Shown: positions 48,765 through 60,663, counted from the whole stretch's first letter. The stretch is 62,750 nucleotides of DNA, filler included, from Basidiobolus ranarum (GCA_040143965.1; 48 parts of 48 records of this genome joined end to end with filler, not necessarily neighbours in it), one strand, 5' to 3'. Made by a program: numbers and translations. Notes: generated by a model from the letters alone, not told the origin.

Positions 48765-49695
48765 TGTCATAATAAGGAACCGGACAATGACTGGAAACAA
48801 CAACAAGAGGCTAGAAGGCTGGAGAATAGTCAGATGTAAATCACAAGATAAGACAAGACTGGACAAGGAAGATACTTTGGCAAGAATCTTTATTGATAAC
48901 TGGCACTGATCAGACTGAGGTCTCATCAAGGAAGACATGGGGCTTATATGGATATTGCAAGGTGGAACATAATATACCTAATAGGGAATATACTGTGGCA
49001 AGTTCAAGAGTCAGGGTGTTGGGGACTATAAGGGCCAATACAAAGAGGGATGATGTAAGGATGATGTAAGGAGGATCAGGTGGCCTTTGATGGAAGGTCT
49101 TGGTGGAAATACACTATGTGTGGGATGACATGATTGGTTAGATTTCATGGAATGTTCCAAAGAACATAACTTCAATACAAGGTAATCTGGACAAACTAAC
49201 ACAAGATTGCCAAGATGAGATGGCATAGCAGATATGATGTCATAATCTAATAATAGAGGAGTTCTATTTTCAGTGTATCAATATGCCAAGATCAGAATCA
49301 TGACAGTATCCCCTTGTTTAGTGATGGCTTCTAGATATCATAGGGACAGGTTTTTCTGGGTAGGCTTCATGAAACTCCTGGCAAAGTTCCTTGGAATTGA
49401 AAAGATTTGTTACTGGCTCCCTTGATTGATCATTGGTTGAGTATCCTTGCCAGTCCACTAAATATTGCAACTTACGTCAATAAATTCTGGAATCTATGAT
49501 TTTGCTAACTTCATATTCAGGGTGTTCTTCCACTTGGATTGCTGGGGGTGGGTCAATGGATTGGCCCCGGAAGGTGTTTCTAGCATATGGCTCCAAGAGC
49601 GACACATGGAATACATTGTGGACTTTGAAATGGGCTGGGAGTTCAAGGCAGAAGGTTACTGAATTGATTTGCTTAATAATCTCAAAAGGCCCTAG
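48765..49695 (-). mobile_element. Chromovirus 3' end: integrase GPF region and chromodomain (49318-49695), polypurine tract and complete 3' LTR-D (48765-49305); inserted in copia (48489-48764)
   Basis: LGPFEII...HNVFHVSLLEPY...EYEVSKIIDSRIY*RKLQYLVDWQGYS...EPVTNL; AAGGGGATAC-TGTCATG...ATGACA. Confidence 0.92.
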
Positions 49696-49795
49696 NNNNN
49701 NNNNNNNNNNNNNNNNNNNNNNNNNNNNNNNNNNNNNNNTTAATTAATTAANNNNNNNNNNNNNNNNNNNNNNNNNNNNNNNNNNNNNNNNNNNN

Positions 49796-51002
49796 GAGAA
49801 TAATCAATAATATCATGGTGAATTATAAGATAGCTAAGTACTAAGCTATATGTAACTATATAGGTGTTTAGGCAATGCTAATTTCAATACTCTCCCTCAA
49901 CTAAATTGTCATAGAGACTAATCTTAACAAAGGTCTAAATTTCTCAAATTTCTGTCTAGCTATGGTTTGGTTAATATATCAGCAATCATGTCTTCTGTAG
50001 AACAATAAGTTAAGTCAATAAACTTATTCTCTATAATCTCTCTAATGAAGTGATGTTCAATATCTATGTGCTTGCTTCTATTATGAAACATGGGATTTTT
50101 AGCTAATTTGATACAACTTTAATTATCTTAAAATATTGTAGTTGGCAAATTTTGAGAATGACCCAAATCAGTTAAGAGTTTCCTTAACCTTATTGCTTCT
50201 ATTGGTGCTTCACAGGCAGCCATGTATTCAGCTTCTGTTGTTGAAAGTCCTATGGTAAGTTGTTTCTTTGAATTCCAAGAAATAGCTCCATTACAGCAAA
50301 GAAATAAGTATCCTGTTGTAGATCTCCTGTTTTCAATATCTCTTCCCCAATTTGCATCTGAATATCCCATCAAATCAAAGTTTGATCCAGAATATGTGTA
50401 TTTTCAGCATAGATCCACAGTACCTTTCAAATATCCCAAAATCCAGCTAACTGCTATGATTTGATCAGATCCATAATTTTGAACATATTGGCACATAACT
50501 CCCACAGAATATGCAATATCTGGCCATGTTCCAACCATGATATAAATCCAACTACCAAGCATAGATTGATAAGGAAATTTCTGGCTTTTATTTAAATCCA
50601 AGAACTTCTGGTTTGTGCCATTTTTGGTAAAGTTAAGATTTGTCTCCATCGAGGTAGATACTGGATTACATTTTCCAATTTAAACTTCTTTAATATATCT
50701 AGGATTTACTTAGACTGGTTTAAAGTTATTGTTTTGGTAGTTCTATCTATCTTAATTTGGATTCCAAGATAGTATGTCAGTTCACCCAGATCAGTCATTT
50801 TGAATTCAGCAGATAGGATGGATTTGGTTTTCTCCAAAGTCTTCAAGTCATTGGTTGCTCTAATAAGGTCATCCACATATAAGGCTAATATAACTGGGTT
50901 TGTCTTATCTGGCCTGAAATAGATACTATAGTCAGCATTACTCCTTTGGAATTTGAGTGTTTCTAAAAAAGTATCCATCTTGCTATTCCAAGCTCTTGGA
51001 GA
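49796..51002 (-). mobile_element. Ty1/copia family A RT-RNase H, polypurine tract and start of 3' LTR-A (49796-49889)
   Basis: LALYVDDLI, GYSDANWG...RRSTTGY, STTEAEYMA, SKHIDI; TTGAGGGAGAG before the LTR. Confidence 0.94.
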
Positions 51003-51102
51003 NNNNNNNNNNNNNNNNNNNNNNNNNNNNNNNNNNNNNNNNNNNNTTAATTAATTAANNNNNNNNNNNNNNNNNNNNNNNNNNNNNNNNNNNNNNNNNN
51101 NN

Positions 51103-51766
51103 AGATGAAGATGCACAGAATTAGTGTTTTATCTCTGGGGTAATCTATTGAAGCAATGACACATCTGATTGTGGCTGGACATTTGTTGACTGCAAGTTGG
51201 GCATCTATTTGCTGAATTCTTTACAGAAATTTGCCAAAAGCCACAGCCTGTTCTCATTGTTAATGGTAACATGAGTCAGCTATTTGCCAAGTGTCAGTGC
51301 TATTCAACTTTTCTGATGTTTAGCAATTTTTCCACTGTTAGTTTGCTGGTAAAGCATATTAATGTTATTGAGTTATGTCTGAGCAGTCAAGTATGTATAT
51401 ATGTAGAGACTAAACACAACCAGGCTGTTGTATTTTTTGATTCACATTTTGGCAGGAATACAAAGCCTAAAATATCTAAATAATGGCATGCATATTGTTT
51501 CTAATTCCTACAGCTGTAAACCTCGTAATTAGCCATTGAGAAGTTAGAATTTTGAAACATTGCCAGAAATTAAATAATGCATGCCAAACATGGGGTTCAA
51601 TATTTTAACATATATGAGTACCATAAAATATCATCAAGAAATCACTGTCACACCATCAAAATCCCTTGCAGAATGCAAGCCACTGATATTGTGATGGTTC
51701 TCTGATGGTTTGCAATCCAGAAGGGTGGATCTGATCCCAAGCAAATTGATTGTATTTTTGTTAGGG
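51103..51766 (+). mobile_element. CACTA/CMC transposase 3' end and transposase-side terminus
   Basis: Frame ends NTKPKISK*; the element ends ATTTTTGTTAGGG. Confidence 0.88.
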
Positions 51767-52308
51767 GATTGTTTTACGCGTAGAGTGTTTTCTGGAGTCT
51801 GCAAAATTTTTTAGGGTTTTCTGTGTTCATAAATCCATCTGGCTGGTCTATAAAGATCTCCTCAGTAAGCTCACCATTCAAAAAAGTAGTTTTAACATCT
51901 ATTTGATTTAAAATAAACTGATATTTAGCTGAAATTACTAAAATCAGTAGTACACCCCTTCCATTTGAGAGTATTCTTTAGCCAAAAGTCTGGCTTTATA
52001 TCTCTCTACAGATCCATCAGCTTGCTGCTTAACTTTAAGCACCCATTTGCATCTAATTGATTATCTGTCATTAGGTAGCTTAAGCAAAGTCCAAGTTTGG
52101 TTATCTATGAGTGACTGATACTCCTCTGCCATTGCAGCACTCCAAAAATTTGTGTTGAGGATCTCCATAGCCTCCTGTACTGATTTGGGTTCATCAGAAA
52201 AGGCTAAATAGCACCAGGCTCCTTTTGGCTAGTGTGAGAATAGTAATCAGACAGAGATCTCATCTGATCTGTTCTCCTAAGATGGGAAATGGGCACTACA
52301 ACTTCGTG
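51767..52308 (-). mobile_element. Chimeric copia RT fragments from two families, junction near 51950
   Basis: 51767-51950 resembles 45100-45270; 51951-52235 resembles 13800-14082. Confidence 0.8.
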
Positions 52309-52455
52309 NNNNNNNNNNNNNNNNNNNNNNNNNNNNNNNNNNNNNNNNNNNNTTAATTAATTAANNNNNNNNNNNNNNNNNNNNNNNNNNNNNNNNNNNN
52401 NNNNNNNNTACAATGTTAATTGACTCTACGTCCCATTCTAACGGTTCTGTCTTAG

Positions 52456-53020
52456 TTATATGTGGTGATTTTAACTCAACTCCGCACAGTCAGGTGTATC
52501 AGTATGTCAAAAATGGTGGGTTGTACCTTTTATCGGTTAAACAGGTAATTTGACTGACGTAGATTTCACTACCATAGGAGTTGTTGATCTATCTAGCATG
52601 GATGAGATATTCATGTCGGGACAGGTAGAGCCGTTCATCCCGCTCGCTTCTCAACCAAAACGCATGTACAATACCGAGACAATTCACGCTTTCAACGCAA
52701 CACAAATGAGGTTCCCGGAAGATGATTCCGACCGTCGACACTTACTTCAACACACATTCAAGTTCTTCTCTGGTTACGAGCACGCTGTGCCGTCTGAGGA
52801 ATTCACCACGCTTCATGATGATGCGAAACTCATATGTGATTATATATTTTTCGGCGGACTGAACGAGGAAATACGAGATTCTCTTGCATGTACTAAGCGT
52901 TTAACTCTCCCCAAAATTTCGGATTGCAGCATCCCTGGTATACCCACTAAAGACGTACCCTCAGATCACTTGCCATTGGCTCTCACATTCTGTTGGAGTT
53001 CTTGCAGTAATTTAATCTAA
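52456..53020 (+). CDS. 3' end of an Angel/CCR4-family EEP phosphatase/nuclease gene (exons 52456-52515 and 52578-53020)
   Basis: ICGDFNSTPHSQVY, SGQ, LQHTFKFFSGY, TTLH...CDYIFF, PSDHLPL. A 62-nt GT-AG intron with CTGAC branch site splices in frame. Confidence 0.88.
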
Positions 53021-53147
53021 AATGAGATGAATTAAAATAATCAATTAGACATTTCATAAAATAAATGGGATGATCGCAAAAAATTGGAGATAAGTGAACA
53101 AAGCACATTAGACACAAGTGTTAAAAGAAAAAGTGTTCAAAGACTTA

Positions 53148-53300
53148 CTCTGTATCAAATGTTTAGTGTAGCGATAACCACACACGATTGTTTGCTTTTT
53201 GAGTTGGTCGACTGCTGCTAGCTGAAGAGATAGCCCTTCCTTTATACTCGGTAGAGAGAGGTTTCTTCAATCTGCAAAAACCTTCTGGTCTTTCCCCATT
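53148..53300 (-). ncRNA. Candidate Fanzor omega-RNA scaffold overlapping the ORF 3' end and the element terminus
   Basis: Position is as expected for TnpB/Fanzor. Hairpins AGGTTTTT..AAGAAACCT and GTGTGGT-TATC-GCTACAC; ends ...GATACAGAG before TA. The 5' boundary is a guess. Confidence 0.45.
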
Positions 53301-53614
53301 TAAGCGCAAGTTAAAATGGGTATGTCTAAGGTTCAAAGTAGCAGCCAGGTCACGATTCCAAAGACAGTGGTGAGAATCTTCAGTACTCTCCTCAGTAGTA
53401 TTGTTCACGGCCTTTAAACACTGTTGGTTTTTGCACCTGAACAGAAATTAGGTTTGAAACTTTCACTGGTATATAAAAAGCGTTTACCTTAAAAGGCCAC
53501 AATAGGATACTTTTCTCTTTTGTGTGGTCTAGGATTTTGTACTTTTTGAAACTTTTCCAGTTCACCGTTCTGGCAAGTAGGGCACAGACTTGAGGTTATA
53601 AACTCGTCAAGGAG
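53163..53614 (-). pseudogene. Fanzor1-like (TnpB-like RuvC) nuclease, C-terminal part; exons 53614-53488 and 53436-53163; frameshifted
   Basis: LLDEFITSSLCPTC (RuvC-II plus CxxC), VQNPRPH, GLLR/CKNQQC, LWNRDLAATLN (RuvC-III), RP. 51-nt intron GTAAAC...CTAAT...TTCAG. Confidence 0.88.
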
Positions 53615-53714
53615 NNNNNNNNNNNNNNNNNNNNNNNNNNNNNNNNNNNNNNNNNNNNTTAATTAATTAANNNNNNNNNNNNNNNNNNNNNNNNNNNNNN
53701 NNNNNNNNNNNNNN

Positions 53715-54920
53715 ATACTCCTCAAGCACTTTGACTATTTTTGTACATCCTTGTAGTGTGACACTACTGAGGGTGCTTTGCAGTGTTTGTGCGGCTTTTT
53801 GCTTGCCTTTACCTTTGGGACTAATATCAACAATTTGAAAAGTACCAGTTCAGGTTGGAGAGCCATGAGTTTTATATGTGGTGTTGTGGCTTGTTGAGAG
53901 GTGCCAGGTGTTGGATAAACTTCCAAAATTAGCATTGTTCCAACTGGTGTACCCAGTTCCATAGTGGAATTAAGCTTTTTTGACAGTATATCTGACTCTG
54001 GAATTGCCAATCTTTGTAATGGTGTGAAGAATTCAGTAAGTGAGACAGTAGAGCCTAAACTGACTGGCTCCTTTGCCTTTCCCTTACGTTTACTAACTTC
54101 CTGCTCCTTCGGTACTTCTTTAGCTGCTTTTCTTTCTTTTCCAAGTCAATCAGTGCGTACATTTTTGAGATGTTTCATGAATTGGCCTATACTAGCCCAA
54201 TTGCCAATTGCTTGCAAAAACCCAGGATAAGCCCCATGAAGTAGGTCAAGAACCTTCAGAGTAATGCCTGGTTTTTGGTTTTTCCACAATTGACTCAAAT
54301 CCAAGTGATTTTGGGCAAGATTCTGCACAGTTTCCAAAATATTAAACCACTCATCATCAGAGCAAGTGATGGCAGCTCTGACATTCAGAGTCTTTTGGTT
54401 TGCTGGTGTAGTGGAATCAAAACTTAATTTTGCCGGTCTTTGTAATGGTGTGAAGAATTCAGTAAGTGAGACAGTAGAGCCTAAACTCACTGGCTCCTTT
54501 GCCTTTCCCTTAGGTTTACTAACTTCCTGCAGCTTGAGTACCTCTTTAGCTGCTTTTCTTTCTTTTCCAAGTCAATAAATGTGTACATTTTTGAGATGTT
54601 TCATGAATAGGCCTATACTAGCCCAATTGCCTTTTGCTTGCCAGAACCAAGGATAAGCCACATGAAATTAGTCAAGAACCTTCAGAGTAATGCCTGGTTT
54701 TTGGTTTTCCCACAATTGGCTCAAATCCAGGTGATTTTGGGCAAGATTCCACACAGTTTCCAAAATGTTAAATCACTAATCATCAGAGCAAGTGTGGCAG
54801 CTCTGAAATTCAGAGTCTTTTGGTTTACTGGTTTCCTATGAGAACTCTACCTTCATGTGCACAGGCAATTTTGGGTTGTTTTGTAGGCTTAATGGTCCAA
54901 CACATATTCTACTCTGCTAG
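53715..54920 (-). mobile_element. CACTA/CMC ORF2 central region with a 426-nt tandem duplication
   Basis: Links the ORF2 pieces at 14447-15405 and 7882-8430. TCTTTGTAATGGTG occurs at 54011 and 54437. Confidence 0.87.
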
Positions 54921-55821
54921 NNNNNNNNNNNNNNNNNNNNNNNNNNNNNNNNNNNNNNNNNNNNTTAATTAATTAANNNNNNNNNNNNNNNNNNNNNNNN
55001 NNNNNNNNNNNNNNNNNNNNCGGAGGTAAAGTTGTGATGCTAGTTTAAGAACTGGTTACATTAGTCACAAGGGAATAGGATCGAGAGGCAATACCGCTCC
55101 AATTCATTCATTAACTATAGGCTTAAAGAAGTCACCGCTTACACGTCCCAGCCAATCCCCTCGACTTCAATATCGAAATACAGTGGCGTGCATTTGGCAT
55201 AAACAATGTTGCCTTATACACTACTTGATCAAATATTATTGATTTAATGGACCCCTCTTCATGGAAGTATGCGAAGTGTTTTTATTTGCATCTGTTAGCT
55301 GCATTAGTCAACGGTTTCCCATTGAGACGAATTGCCTGTCACAACTGCTTCCTCATGTTGTATATCGAGTTATGCACAATGATAACAAAGGTGCAGTGGA
55401 TGTGCCAAACCTATCCATCTATAAGATTGTTAAAAAAAACCAAAGTACAAGTGATGCAGGAGACATTGAAGTTACTGAGGCAAGGAATATATCTGCGAGA
55501 TCAAGAGCTGAGGATAAGCATCAATATTGACATTAGTATATTTCTACTACTACAGATTTAGATGTAGCATGTGGTCCAAAACCTACACAATCCAGAGAAT
55601 ACACATCCGAGTACACAGTCGGGGTTAATAATATTTTGTCAACTCCAAAAATTAAGCAAATTCTCCTCCTCTTCACTTCTACTTCAAGCTATTTTATTAG
55701 GTCACAATATGAGTAAAACCGTTGAAATTCCCATTAAAAGATTGCAAGATCCTAAAGGATCAGAACAAGATGTAACAAGAATTTAATTGACCGCGGTTTT
55801 CTACTTGCAGCAGCTTGGAAT

Positions 55822-56225
55822 TGTTGAAATTAGCATTGCCTAAACACCTATATAGTCATATATAGCTTAGTACTTAGTTATCTTATTTTTCACCAAGATA
55901 TTATCCATTATTCTCATAAGGAATTTACTTAGAAGTTCTCAGATAAATAGATTTTTCAAAGAAGCCCCAAACTTTGCACACATGTTCCTGGGACCTTCCT
56001 TAACACATTCTACATGTTAGTTTGTTTACATCTTGACAAAACAATAAATGTCAACTTACTACTCAATAAATCAATAAGTGAAAAACCACCAATTCCTCTG
56101 ATTCTCCAAACCACTTCCAACAGGCTCCCAAATACTTTAACAGGCTATGAGCCCCAAGCTTGCACTCTCTGTAATGTCTACTTCTCAAATCTATGGAACT
56201 TTTCCCTCTTCTGAAAAATTGGATG
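55822..56225 (+). mobile_element. Copia A 5' end: complete LTR-A (55822-56142), PBS (56143-56154), gag start
   Basis: TGTTGAAATTAGC...CTTTAACA-GGCTATGAGCCC; MSTSQIYGTFPSSEKLD. Confidence 0.93.
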
Positions 56226-56581
56226 NNNNNNNNNNNNNNNNNNNNNNNNNNNNNNNNNNNNNNNNNNNNTTAATTAATTAANNNNNNNNNNNNNNNNNNN
56301 NNNNNNNNNNNNNNNNNNNNNNNNNCAAATCAGCATGTACTGCTTCAAACCTAGGCAACTGCTGAATACTCTTGTTAATACTTACATTATCCTATCTTTA
56401 CTGTTTAGCACATCATGCAAAATCAATATGGATTGCGGTTAAATATAGCATAAATTGCTTTAGTTAGATCATGATCACCTATGTGTTTATGAAACACTGA
56501 TAGCATGAAATCGTCATATATATTAAAAAAATCAATGATAGCCTATTAATACAAGCGCTTTCACTAGAATCAAATGAAAAA

Positions 56582-57219
56582 TGTCTGTCAATAAAAAGCT
56601 TGAGCAGCCATATTGGCTCAATATGGCTCAATCCGTTCTCATTTTCACCCAATTAGAAGCTTACATGAATGAATAAATGATTTGCTGATCTAAAAATGAT
56701 GGATCAAGTGATCCAGATCACTACTATCATACTACAGATTGATCTATCATTGAGTGCTGTGATGATTTACCAGTGTGCCAAAACTACTGGTGTTTTGTAA
56801 TGCAGGAGCTGTTGTGCCCAATTGAAAATCAGGATACTGTGTTAGTGAGGGACAAATGATTGGCCTAAAAACATGTGAATGTCTTGGTTATACATTTGAT
56901 TGGGTAAGTTACAGTATAAATTGTTTATTGTTACACATTCAGTAATTTGTAAGTTACAAACTAGGGGATGAACTTACTTTGTCAGTTACCCAAAATTGTA
57001 ATTTGGCAATACTAAATTGGGTAACTTGGTACAGGCTGGCATGATATCTCCAAAAAAATCATTGTGTCCAATTGTGGTGGGATAGTGCCATATTGTCCCT
57101 CATAGTGTCCAATCAAGTGTGATAGGACCCAGCCATGGTAATTGACAGATCGCACCAGATGGTGTACTAGCAGGCTGGATTGAGCGGCACAATCTGACCT
57201 GGTCCAATTGAACAAGTCT
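56582..57219. mobile_element. Terminal ~640 bp of a TIR DNA element (PIF/Harbinger-like), copy 2
   Basis: Aligns with 5420-6056; ends GAACAAGTCT followed by ATT. Confidence 0.65.
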
Positions 57220-57630
57220 ATTGTCTTGGTCTTGGGGGGTATAGGTTGTAACAGATTACTGTCTTAGTGGATTGCTATCTCTTTGACTTGGAGTGATGTA
57301 GTACACCTGTGCTATAGTTTAGACTGCTCCAATTAACCTTCAGGAATATCTTCTAATTCAATAAATTGTCTTGCTTTGTTTACATCTATGTTGATCACTC
57401 TTGGCATAGTGCCCTGAAATTTTATTTTGAACTCTGCAACCTTCATCAACAATTGCTGTAGAGCCTCATTGAGTAGTGGTGGATATCTTTCGGGAACATC
57501 ATTTGTCTCTTGAGTTGAGGCTGCAATGTTNNNNNNNNNNNNNNNNNNNNNNNNNNNNNNNNNNNNNNNNNNNNTTAATTAATTAANNNNNNNNNNNNNN
57601 NNNNNNNNNNNNNNNNNNNNNNNNNNNNNN

Positions 57631-58835
57631 CATATGCACATATTTGACTGATTAGACATAACTCAACAACATCAATATGCTTTACCAGCAAACTAATGGT
57701 GGAAAAATTGCTAAACATCTGAAATTTTGAGTAGCACTGACACTTGGCAAATAGCTGACTCTTGTTACCATTCACAATGAGAACAAGCTCACGGATTTTG
57801 GCAAATTTCCGTAAAGAATTCAGCCAATATATCCCTGACTTGCAGTCAACAAATGTCCTGCCACAAGTAGATGTATCATTGCTTGAAGAGATTACCCCAT
57901 GGCTAAAACAATAATACTGTGTATCTCCATCTATCTCACCAAGAAGTCTGTTTTGCAGCTATCCTAAATATACTGTCAGATTATTACACAAGCAAATTAG
58001 TCCAATTATAAAGGTACTTACTCTGTGTCCATGGATTGGGCTATGTTGCTGTTATTGTACTCAAACAATGTGAAAACCCATGAGCACACTGAAAAGAGCC
58101 CTTTGTTGGCAGGTTAATATACTCCGGAGTCTCCTTAACCCATCTCAATACATCCATCACTGATTTTGCAGATACATTGTTAATCAGATTAGCATATGGT
58201 GAAACTGATAATTTCACATGGAACATCATTTCACCGCAGGTGCACTCCATTGGGAACTCCCAGAATGTATAGCAAGGGCCTATAATCTCTAAGCATTGTG
58301 AAAGATGCAGCAGGGAATGTATTGAAGACTGGCATAGATTCAGTCTATCTTCTTTAAACCTGTAAGAAAGTTTTTCATATCCAATTACAAAATCTATGCA
58401 CAGTTGCTGTATCTGCCTAAGATCTGCCAATGTGAGTTGATGCCATAAGAGTATATTAACAATATTGACAATCAACTCCCAATGCTGCCAATACTTTTCA
58501 GGCAGAAATCTCTTCAAAATTTCACTTGAATATATGCAAATCCAATACTTCCAGTCTTTGCATTTGAATAAATACCTAGATGAGTGGATATTGATGGGAA
58601 TCCTGGTAAAATATGATGGTATCTTGATGTTTTCAAGCATTTTCACAATCAATTCAAACTTTGATCCTATCTCAAATGGCTCATTCATATTGAATTTTCT
58701 ACTATATAGCTGAGTAAGTAGTACTGGAATGTTGTTGAATAGTAAGTGCATGGTGCCTAATGGGAAGCTCTGGCTCCAGCTGATCCCTTTTAGCAATATA
58801 ATCTTAGGCTTATGGCTAATACCAAGTTTGATGTT
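57631..58835 (-). mobile_element. CACTA/CMC transposase C-terminal half (longest open stretch, 251 aa)
   Basis: FPLGTMHLLFNNI, FKCKDWKYW, IHSLLHL, GPCYTFWEFPMECTCG. Confidence 0.93.
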
Positions 58836-58936
58836 NNNNNNNNNNNNNNNNNNNNNNNNNNNNNNNNNNNNNNNNNNNNTTAATTAATTAANNNNNNNNN
58901 NNNNNNNNNNNNNNNNNNNNNNNNNNNNNNNNNNNA

Positions 58937-59056
58937 GCACCACCTACTCCATTTGCTGACTTTTCGCAAGTGGATGGTCGGGTTGTGACTGGTGCAAACC
59001 CAGCCAGTGCCAAATCTACCGCGGATAATGCCATCAAGGTGTTCTTAAGTCTTTAA
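58937..59056 (+). CDS. C-terminus of a DJ-1/PfpI family (Hsp31/glyoxalase III-like) protein
   Basis: [39 protein letters not shown], followed by an AT-rich region with AATAAA. Confidence 0.8.
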   Translation, partial: APPTPFADFSQVDGRVVTGANPASAKSTADNAIKVFLSL

Positions 59057-59497
59057 AAAATATAATCTCTAGTATAATGATAATAAATAAATATATATAT
59101 ATCCAAGACGTAGAGTTAATTCAATTTCTTGCTACAATATATGTGAGAGTAACATATATCACAGGAGCTGTCACTTGATTATGAATGGAATCCAGAGCCC
59201 TCTTTACCAGGTTATAAATGTTTAAGGCGTTCTTTATGCCAGGATATAGCAAACAATTGCCAGCATAGAAAAACATATTCTCTTGAATTTCTGACGAAAA
59301 AAGAGTGGAAATAGACTTATCAAGAGTTTGCAACTCTGTCAGCATAAGGAGGGCAAATGTATGGTATTTAGCAGCCCCTTCCAGTGGACATAGTGGTATT
59401 TTCCTATTTTCTACGCAATAATCAATGATATTTTGTGAAACTAGTCATACAATAGGAGAGAAACTCAGTAATCGCCTCTTCTATCAAAAATTAGAAA

Positions 59498-59760
59498 ATG
59501 TTTAAAAATAAACCTGACATTTCTCAGGTTGGTGGTCTTGCTATTGGTGTACCTGGAGATTCAAATTACCAGCATAAAGATACTCCAGGTACTACTCATT
59601 TGTTGACCATGGATAAAGAAGGCGGAATATCCATCTTGTATTTGGATCTAAAGTTAGGTAGAGACCAACAGATATCCATCTTTAGCAGTTGGCGGTAGTG
59701 GTGGTAGCTACATAACAACGGTAACAATACAAGCTATTCTTAATATATATCATTTGGCTG
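59498..59760 (+). pseudogene. Collapsed gamma-glutamyltranspeptidase remnant
   Basis: GGLAIGVPG, DTPGTTHL..MDKEG and, in another frame, AVGGSGGSYITT..IQAILN, in the native order. Confidence 0.7.
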
Positions 59761-60240
59761 AAAGCGTCAATAAAGCAAAGGTGCACACATAGTAGCATAT
59801 TCTAGCCACTCAGCCTTTACTGATTACGTCATCAATTACCTCAAAATACTTTCTAATATCAATGATTAGTTTTGCAACAAGCACTCCTCCTACCTTCTGT
59901 AATGTTCATATCTATATAATCACATATTGTGATAGGTGAAGATACTGATTGGTTGTGATTGTTGTTAGGAAGAGATATAATTCTGGTGGATATCAGGAAT
60001 GACGATGACACCATTCACTTGAAATTTCTTTTTTTTTGGTTAGAATGACTGATGTTAATCACTAAATATGGTTAGGGTAAATATGGTAGTATCAATCCAA
60101 ATTCAAACCAAGACTAAATATAGCATCCAGCAACCAGATANNNNNNNNNNNNNNNNNNNNNNNNNNNNNNNNNNNNNNNNNNNNTTAATTAATTAANNNN
60201 NNNNNNNNNNNNNNNNNNNNNNNNNNNNNNNNNNNNNNNN

Positions 60241-60663
60241 ACTAATAGGGAAGATTACCATAGATTTGAGAAGTAGACATCACAGAGAGTGCAAGCTTGG
60301 GGCTCATAACCTGTTAAAGTATTTGGGAGCCTGCTGGAAATAGTTTGGAGAAATAGAGGAATTGGTGATTTTCACTTATTGATTTATTTAGTAGAAAGTT
60401 GGTATTGATAGTTTTGTCATCATGTAAACAGACTGATGAGTACAATGCATTAAGAAAGGTCCCAGGAACATGTGTTCAAAGTTTGGGGCTTTTAGCACAA
60501 GTTAAGTGAAAAAAACTGTATATCTGAAAACTTCTGAGATAGTAAAAAAATTCCAATTAAATTCTAATTGAGAAAAACAGATAACATCTTAGTCAAGTAT
60601 AAGATAACTAAGTACTAAGCTATATATGACTATATAGGCATTTGGTCAATGCTAATTTCAACA
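60241..60663 (-). mobile_element. Copia A 5' end: LTR-A (60312-60663), PBS (60299-60311), gag start
   Basis: Minus strand reads TGTTGAAATTAGC...CTTTAACA-GGTTATGAGCCCC. Confidence 0.92.

Noticed and set aside
55247-55786. Overlapping 104-, 89- and 71-aa ORFs
   Set aside because: No recognisable domain or consistent gene structure.
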